A DNA stretch of 64,000 nt from Nemertoderma westbladi (lineage: Eukaryota > Animalia > Xenacoelomorpha): assembly GCA_032718475.1 (NCBI GenBank), contig JAUCBJ010007758.1, positions 56,813 through 120,812 of the forward strand, read 5' to 3'. Both the position numbers and the translations under genes were made by a program. Shown in pieces: positions 59,022 through 64,000 of this stretch; position 1 is the stretch's first letter, and every line of letters starts with the position of its first letter. The notes under the pieces were generated by a model. That model was given only the letters and a program-made list of their open reading frames with translations, was not told where the DNA came from and made no database searches.

Positions 59022-59714
59022 TTAATTCGCGAATTCGCAGTCGAACACTTCCTTAAAGTTCTTCAAAAAGCTCGGCAAAACGTCATCAATAGAAACTTGG
59101 CGGGATAAAAGTTTAGTGAGTGATGTTACGCCCTTGTCGCTGATTCCGCAGGCAACGATATGGTTAAACCAGTCTAAATCAACATCGCAATTGAGTGCGA
59201 GCCCGTGCGTGGTAACCCGATCTTTGCAATGAATACCCATCGCGCAGACTTTATTACCGCCGACCCAGACCCCGGTGTGGGGAGAACGAGTCCCACTAAC
59301 GGGCCCCACATCCGCACAAACACGAATAATAACTTCCTCTAAGAGGTTCACATACCAACGGGTACTTGGGTTGAAGTAGAGAAGGTCTATAATAGGGTAG
59401 ACAACCAGCTGCCCCGGACCGTGGAAGGTAATGAGCCCCCCTCGGTCCACGTGGTGGAAATCAGCCCCGAGGAGCCGCAGTCTGTCGATCTCGGATTGGG
59501 CATATAGGGTGCCTCGCAACCCTACTGTGTATACAGGGTAATGTTCGCAAACCATTATGTGGCCACAGTTACCATGTTTGCGCTCGGCATTTGTTGACCT
59601 AGCAGCCAATACATTGTCCCTGAGTTTCAGTTGCATCGATAGCGCCGGGCCGTAAGCTATTCGTCCACAATTCTTAAAATCTAGAAATCGACATAACTTT
59701 TTTGGTACAGCCAT
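59022..59714 (-). CDS. LIPT2: Octanoyl-[ACP]:protein N-octanoyltransferase (lipoyltransferase 2), intronless
   Basis: CEHYPVYTVGLR, DRGGLITFHGPGQLVVYPI, KVCAMGIH, THGLALNC and IVACGI. First in-frame ATG at 59714. Confidence 0.93.
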   Translation of the reverse strand: MAVPKKLCRFLDFKNCGRIAYGPALSMQLKLRDNVLAARSTNAERKHGNCGHIMVCEHYPVYTVGLRGTLYAQSEIDRLRLLGADFHHVDRGGLITFHGPGQLVVYPIIDLLYFNPSTRWYVNLLEEVIIRVCADVGPVSGTRSPHTGVWVGGNKVCAMGIHCKDRVTTHGLALNCDVDLDWFNHIVACGISDKGVTSLTKLLSRQVSIDDVLPSFLKNFKEVFDCEFAN

Positions 59715-59880
59715 AGCCTGATAGCAGCATGGCACGTGGGGAAGATTAGTCCTAAAATAGCAGTTCCAGACTGTCAGAGTTCGTACTACCTGACTGCCTG
59801 ACAGCTAGATCTTACGTTGAAAGCAAAGCTACGGAAGCCCACAAGTGCCAGTCAACTTTACACATAAAATCTGATTTTTT

Positions 59881-60735
59881 ATGTGTGTGTAGTTGGCACA
59901 TGTGTGTGTAGTTGGCACGTGTGTGTAGTTGGCATATGTGTGTGTAGTTGGCATATGTGTGTATTTGGCATGTGTGTGTAGTTGGCATGTGTAGTTGGCA
60001 TGTGTGTGTAGTTGGCACGTGTGTGTAGTTGGCATATGTGTGTAGTTGGCACGTGTGTGTAGTTGGCATATGTGTGTAGTTGGCATGTGTGTGTAGTTGG
60101 CATGTGTAGTTAGCATATGTGTGTAGTTGGCATGTGTGTGTAGTTGGCATATGTGTAGTTGGCACGTGTGTGTAGTTGGCATATGTGTGTGTAGTTGGCA
60201 TATGTGTGTATTTGGCATGTGTGTGTAGTTGGCATGTGTAGTTGGCATGTGTGTGTAGTTGGCACGTGTGTGTAGTTGGCATATGTGTGTAGTTGGCACG
60301 TGTGTGTAGTTGGCATATGTGTGTAGTTGGCATATGTGTGTAGTTGGCATATGTGTAGTTGGCATGTGTAGTTGGCATATGTGTGTAGTTGGCATATGTG
60401 TAGTTGGCACGTGTGTGTAGTTGGCATGTGTGTGTAGTTGGCATGTGTAGTTGGCATATGTGTGTATTTGGCATGTGTGTGTAGTTGGCACGTGTGTGTA
60501 ATTGGCATATGTGTGTAGTTGGCACGTGTGTGTAGTTGGCATATGTGTGTAGTTGGCATGTGTGTGTAGTTGGCATGTGTAGTTAGCATATGTGTGTAGT
60601 TGGCATATGTGTGTAGTTGGCATATGTGTAGTTGGCATGTGTAGTTGGCATATGTGTAGTTGGCACGTGTGTGTAGTTGGCATGTGTGTGTAGTTGGCAT
60701 ATATGTGTAGTTGGCATGTGTGTGTAGTTGGCATG
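59881..60735. repeat. Tandem repeat, core GTAGTTGGCA + variable (TG)n, 14-22-bp units
   Basis: Directly visible in the sequence. It produces the spurious MPTTH/CQLHT ORFs. Confidence 0.97.
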
Positions 60736-60880
60736 AGATTCGATTGCTTAGCAACCATCTTCAAGGTTTCTTAGCAACCCATTTATTAGCTAGTATCAGT
60801 ACATCAGTATAGTGTAGCAGGCCTACTGTAGTAGAGTCAGTGTCCGTTCACCTTTGCTACTTTAGCTCATAGGCCGCCGT

Positions 60881-61927
60881 TGTAAAAGCTTTTGCGGAAT
60901 TAGCTGGTTATTTTTCCCGCAAAGTACTCTGTAGTTGGTTTAACAGACATAAAAAGCCGTTTCCTTGCTGTGCTAGTGTTTTAGTGGACATAAAAAGCCA
61001 TTTCTTCTGTATGTGTACTTTAGCGGACATAACTAGCAATTCTATGTCGCAATACGCTAAATCCTCTTGAAACAGTGTAGTTACTATGACGACAGCTAAC
61101 AGCTGATCTGTACACGTGTAGCTTTTTCCTTGTTCTCTGTTGTTTCTTTGTTCGGTCAACCAATCAGAGCGATTCTCCTGCTTTTTGTACAGAAACCTCC
61201 GGGAAATCGCGCAATGCATTATGGGTCAATGTTTACCTTTTTTCCTGAGCCCAGAAGGCCGGCTTTGGAATCTCTGTGTTTTCAGGCTTTAGCCCAACAT
61301 TAGTAGGCTTAATCACAGAAACGTATATCTGTTATCTTACTTAACAATCTTAACACACATATCAATTCAATTCTCACCTAATCATATTGTCAACTACAAA
61401 CACCGCAATTTTACTGCTATTTACTGTCGGTTATTCATTATATCAGTTGATGGAATATTATTATATTTGGAATATCGATAAATAATTATAAAACCCTCAA
61501 TCTTCTTGATATACTGAAGGTAAGAGAGACCGGTTACATATAACGATTGCGACTCACATTAAAGTGGTTTTGAAGTGAATCTAATGCTATTTCATAGGCA
61601 CTACATGTATCGGTCGTTGTTCTCTTTATATGTGACTAAATTAGTGAAGGTCGGCAGATCGGTGTGCAGCATTGTGCAGTAGTGTGCATGATTGTGATTG
61701 ATAACAAAGCATCTCCTAAAGAATGCGCTATATACCTGAATCCATAGCCATCCCGTTGTGTCTAGTGTAAGTCATAACTCTGTTTACATATTGAGAGCGC
61801 CACGTCCTAAAGGAACTGTTAATATTTCCCGAAAGTGAATAATATTTGTCAGAGATTATATATTACATATTAAATTAGACATTTAAATTTGGCAGGTTAA
61901 ACTGCTAAAGGTCTGAAAGCGCGAACA
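60881..61927 (+). mobile_element. Solo LTR (D/E/G family)
   Basis: TGTAAAAGCTTTTG...GAAAGCGCGAACA. 5-bp TSD GCCGT (60876-60880, 61928-61932). The empty site is preserved in the opposite TIR (~63883). Confidence 0.95.
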
Positions 61928-62172
61928 GCCGTCGTTGTCGGTAGCCCCCATACCTGATGCGGCATCTGATTATTTTACAACTACTGGTGTAGCAGAAAAT
62001 TACCACCCCCCTAAAAATTCACCCCCGGTTGGAATTCACTAGGGTACGGTATTTTAACCGGGGGTGAAACTAGGCTTTCTCTGGGTGATTTTTTAGTGAA
62101 ATTTAACCCCCCTCAGTGTATTATTACCCCCATATTTTAAATTTCAATATTACATGAAAATGTATTTTATTA

Positions 62173-62715
62173 TTATATGAAAAAACATATATTGTTAGGG
62201 TTATTGTTAGAAATGACGACTTTTAGCCACAAAATATAACGCGACCAACCATCAATAGCACCGTGGATTGGAAATCCATAAGGTTTAAGTTTATCATGTC
62301 CATCCACGTGCCAAACTGCATTAGGTCCGACATTGAAGTACTGGCGGCGCTGAAGTCGATGACGACGCCGGAGTTCGGTTGCCTCAGGACAAAGTGTACG
62401 TAATATAAGGGCTACTGTTGATCGGGGAACATGAATGCCCATAAGTTGTAATTGATGCCAGACACTCCGATATCCCCAACATGACGAAGAACCATGAATC
62501 AGCGATGTAACGGCATTAACAACCATATCATAATCAAAATTATTACCAGTATTTCGGCGAGTCAGCCCGAGGTCACGCAATCGACGACAGAGTGTTCGTC
62601 TACTTGAAATTATTATGCCATGATTATTTGACAAAATATTTAGTAATTCTCGGTGAGTGTGGCCTTCTTTGTAGTAATGTGTTATAATATTGTTAATTAA
62701 ATTAATGTCTTCCAT
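62173..62715 (-). pseudogene. IS3EU-type transposase (HTH + N-terminal integrase core), C-terminally truncated
   Basis: SRRTLCRRLRDLGL, GYRSVWHQL, RLQRRQY..GPNAVWHVDGHDKLKPYGFPIHGAIDGWSRYILWL. Ends before the remaining catalytic residues. Confidence 0.8.
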
Positions 62716-62962
62716 AGTATATATCCTACCGTAATAAATATATAGATACACTGTATGGCCCTTCGCGCAGTACGTGAGTTACATGAAATAAATGTACAGT
62801 ATTGTCACTTCGCGTAGGTAGTGGGCTGGGATATACATGCTGATATGGTAAATTGACACACATCCAGCCTTGTGCAGCAGACTAGAAAATAAATGCAGGC
62901 TTATATCGTATTCAAAGTAATATTGAAATTTAAAATATGGGGGTAAGAATATACTGAGGGGG

Positions 62963-63700
62963 GTTGACGACAGCAGGCAATCATCCCAGGCATGGAAATC
63001 GATCAATTTGCTTACTGGGCGGAAAAGCCAACCAACCACCAAGGTTAAGGCTGAATCACCAGCCGATCGCCTCAATGGTTGGAAAGCCCACTTTGAAAAG
63101 CTCCTCAATAATGACAGGGTATTGCCTGATAACTGTATAGAAGTAAAAGTGTCTGAGTCTGTACTCCCAGATATTCCCATTGGCGATATCTCCTTTGCAG
63201 AAGTGAAGAGCATTAAGACCAATTCTTACGGATTGCGGATTGCATGTTGGTGGCAAAATATTTTTGTCCTAGCGTGATTGATTACTTTACATGGTTGATT
63301 ACTTTACATGGTCGGTCCTATTATCCGTCTAATATTTATTTAAAAATTTGGATTACAAATTATTGTTGAGACATACTACTATAATTTCAACTCTACTGAT
63401 TTGTTGTTTATATGAATTGAATGCGGTGGCTCAAGCAGGGTAGGGTAGGCCACACGTTGGCCGTTGTCCTAGGTGAATATATGCACCCCCCCCCCCCCTC
63501 CCTCCTATAGACTTACAGTATAATTTGACCAATCCTTGAGACGCATCTTAAAGGACACTGGCCTTGAAGATGCGGATGATCTAGCAAATGTCATGGGTGA
63601 TAGGGAGTTGTGGCGGTGCAATTTTGTTGACAAGCCGGCACAGCATTCTTAAAAATGCAGCTGCAATGCAGCATGCCGATCCTAGTACCTAGTAGTAGTA
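62963..63700 (+). mobile_element. Two RTE fragments (62963-63225, 63534-63700) of the 37187-41827 family
   Basis: Near-identical to 37297-37567 and 41674-41827, including the (tag)n tail. Confidence 0.88.
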
Positions 63701-64000
63701 GAGGGGGGTTAAATTTCACTAAAAAATCACCCAGAGTAAGCCTAGTTTCACCCCCGGTTAAAATACCGTACCCTAGTGAATTCTAACCGGGGGTGAATTT
63801 TTAGGGGGGTGGTAATTTTCTGCTACACCAGTAGTTGTAAAATAATCAGATACCGCATCAGGTATGGGGGCTACCGACAACGACGGCGGCCTATGAGCTA
63901 AGTAGCAAAGGTGGACGGACACTGACACTACTACAGTAGGCCTGCTACACTCTACTGTTGTACTGATACTAGCTAATAAATGGGTTGCTAAGCAACCTTG

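Larger units (their letters stand above)
59830..64000 (-). mobile_element. IS3EU-like DNA transposon with long TIRs (right end outside window)
   Basis: Begins TACGGAAGCCC. 60762-60880 + 61933-62114 is the inverted copy of 63701-64000. Encloses an integrase-core transposase fragment. The left terminus is inferred from the TAY-type IS3EU end. Confidence 0.7.

Noticed and set aside
59812-60764. Long ORFs of MPTTH/CQLHT/ANYT repeats
   Set aside because: By-product of a stop-free satellite, open in several frames. Also not a CRISPR array: there are no unique spacers and the context is eukaryotic.

Overview
AT-rich animal (invertebrate-type) genomic DNA. Positions 1-55,300 are a deep nest of transposable elements. 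They include one recent full-length BEL/Pao LTR retrotransposon (14191-28235; 761-bp near-identical LTRs; 5-bp TSD GAATT) inserted into a CR1/L2-type LINE. There is also a chain of nested LTR elements at 1-9,250, an RTE LINE interrupted by an RTEX-type LINE, a deleted BEL/Pao element with an extra DEDDy 3'-5' exonuclease/zinc-knuckle ORF, a Gypsy pol relic, a tRNA-SINE and DNA-element relics. Two host genes lie on the minus strand near the right end: SPATA5/AFG2A (2 exons, in-frame 33-bp minisatellite, C-terminus apparently clipped by a repeat) and intronless LIPT2. An IS3EU-like DNA transposon with long satellite-containing TIRs follows them. Main observation: three different LTR elements lack a tRNA PBS. 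In each, the 10-15 nt just after the 5' LTR are perfectly complementary to a site inside that element's own LTR, and the two sites co-vary between elements. This points to Tf1-like self-primed reverse transcription in a BEL/Pao lineage. All calls were made by eye; no searches were run.
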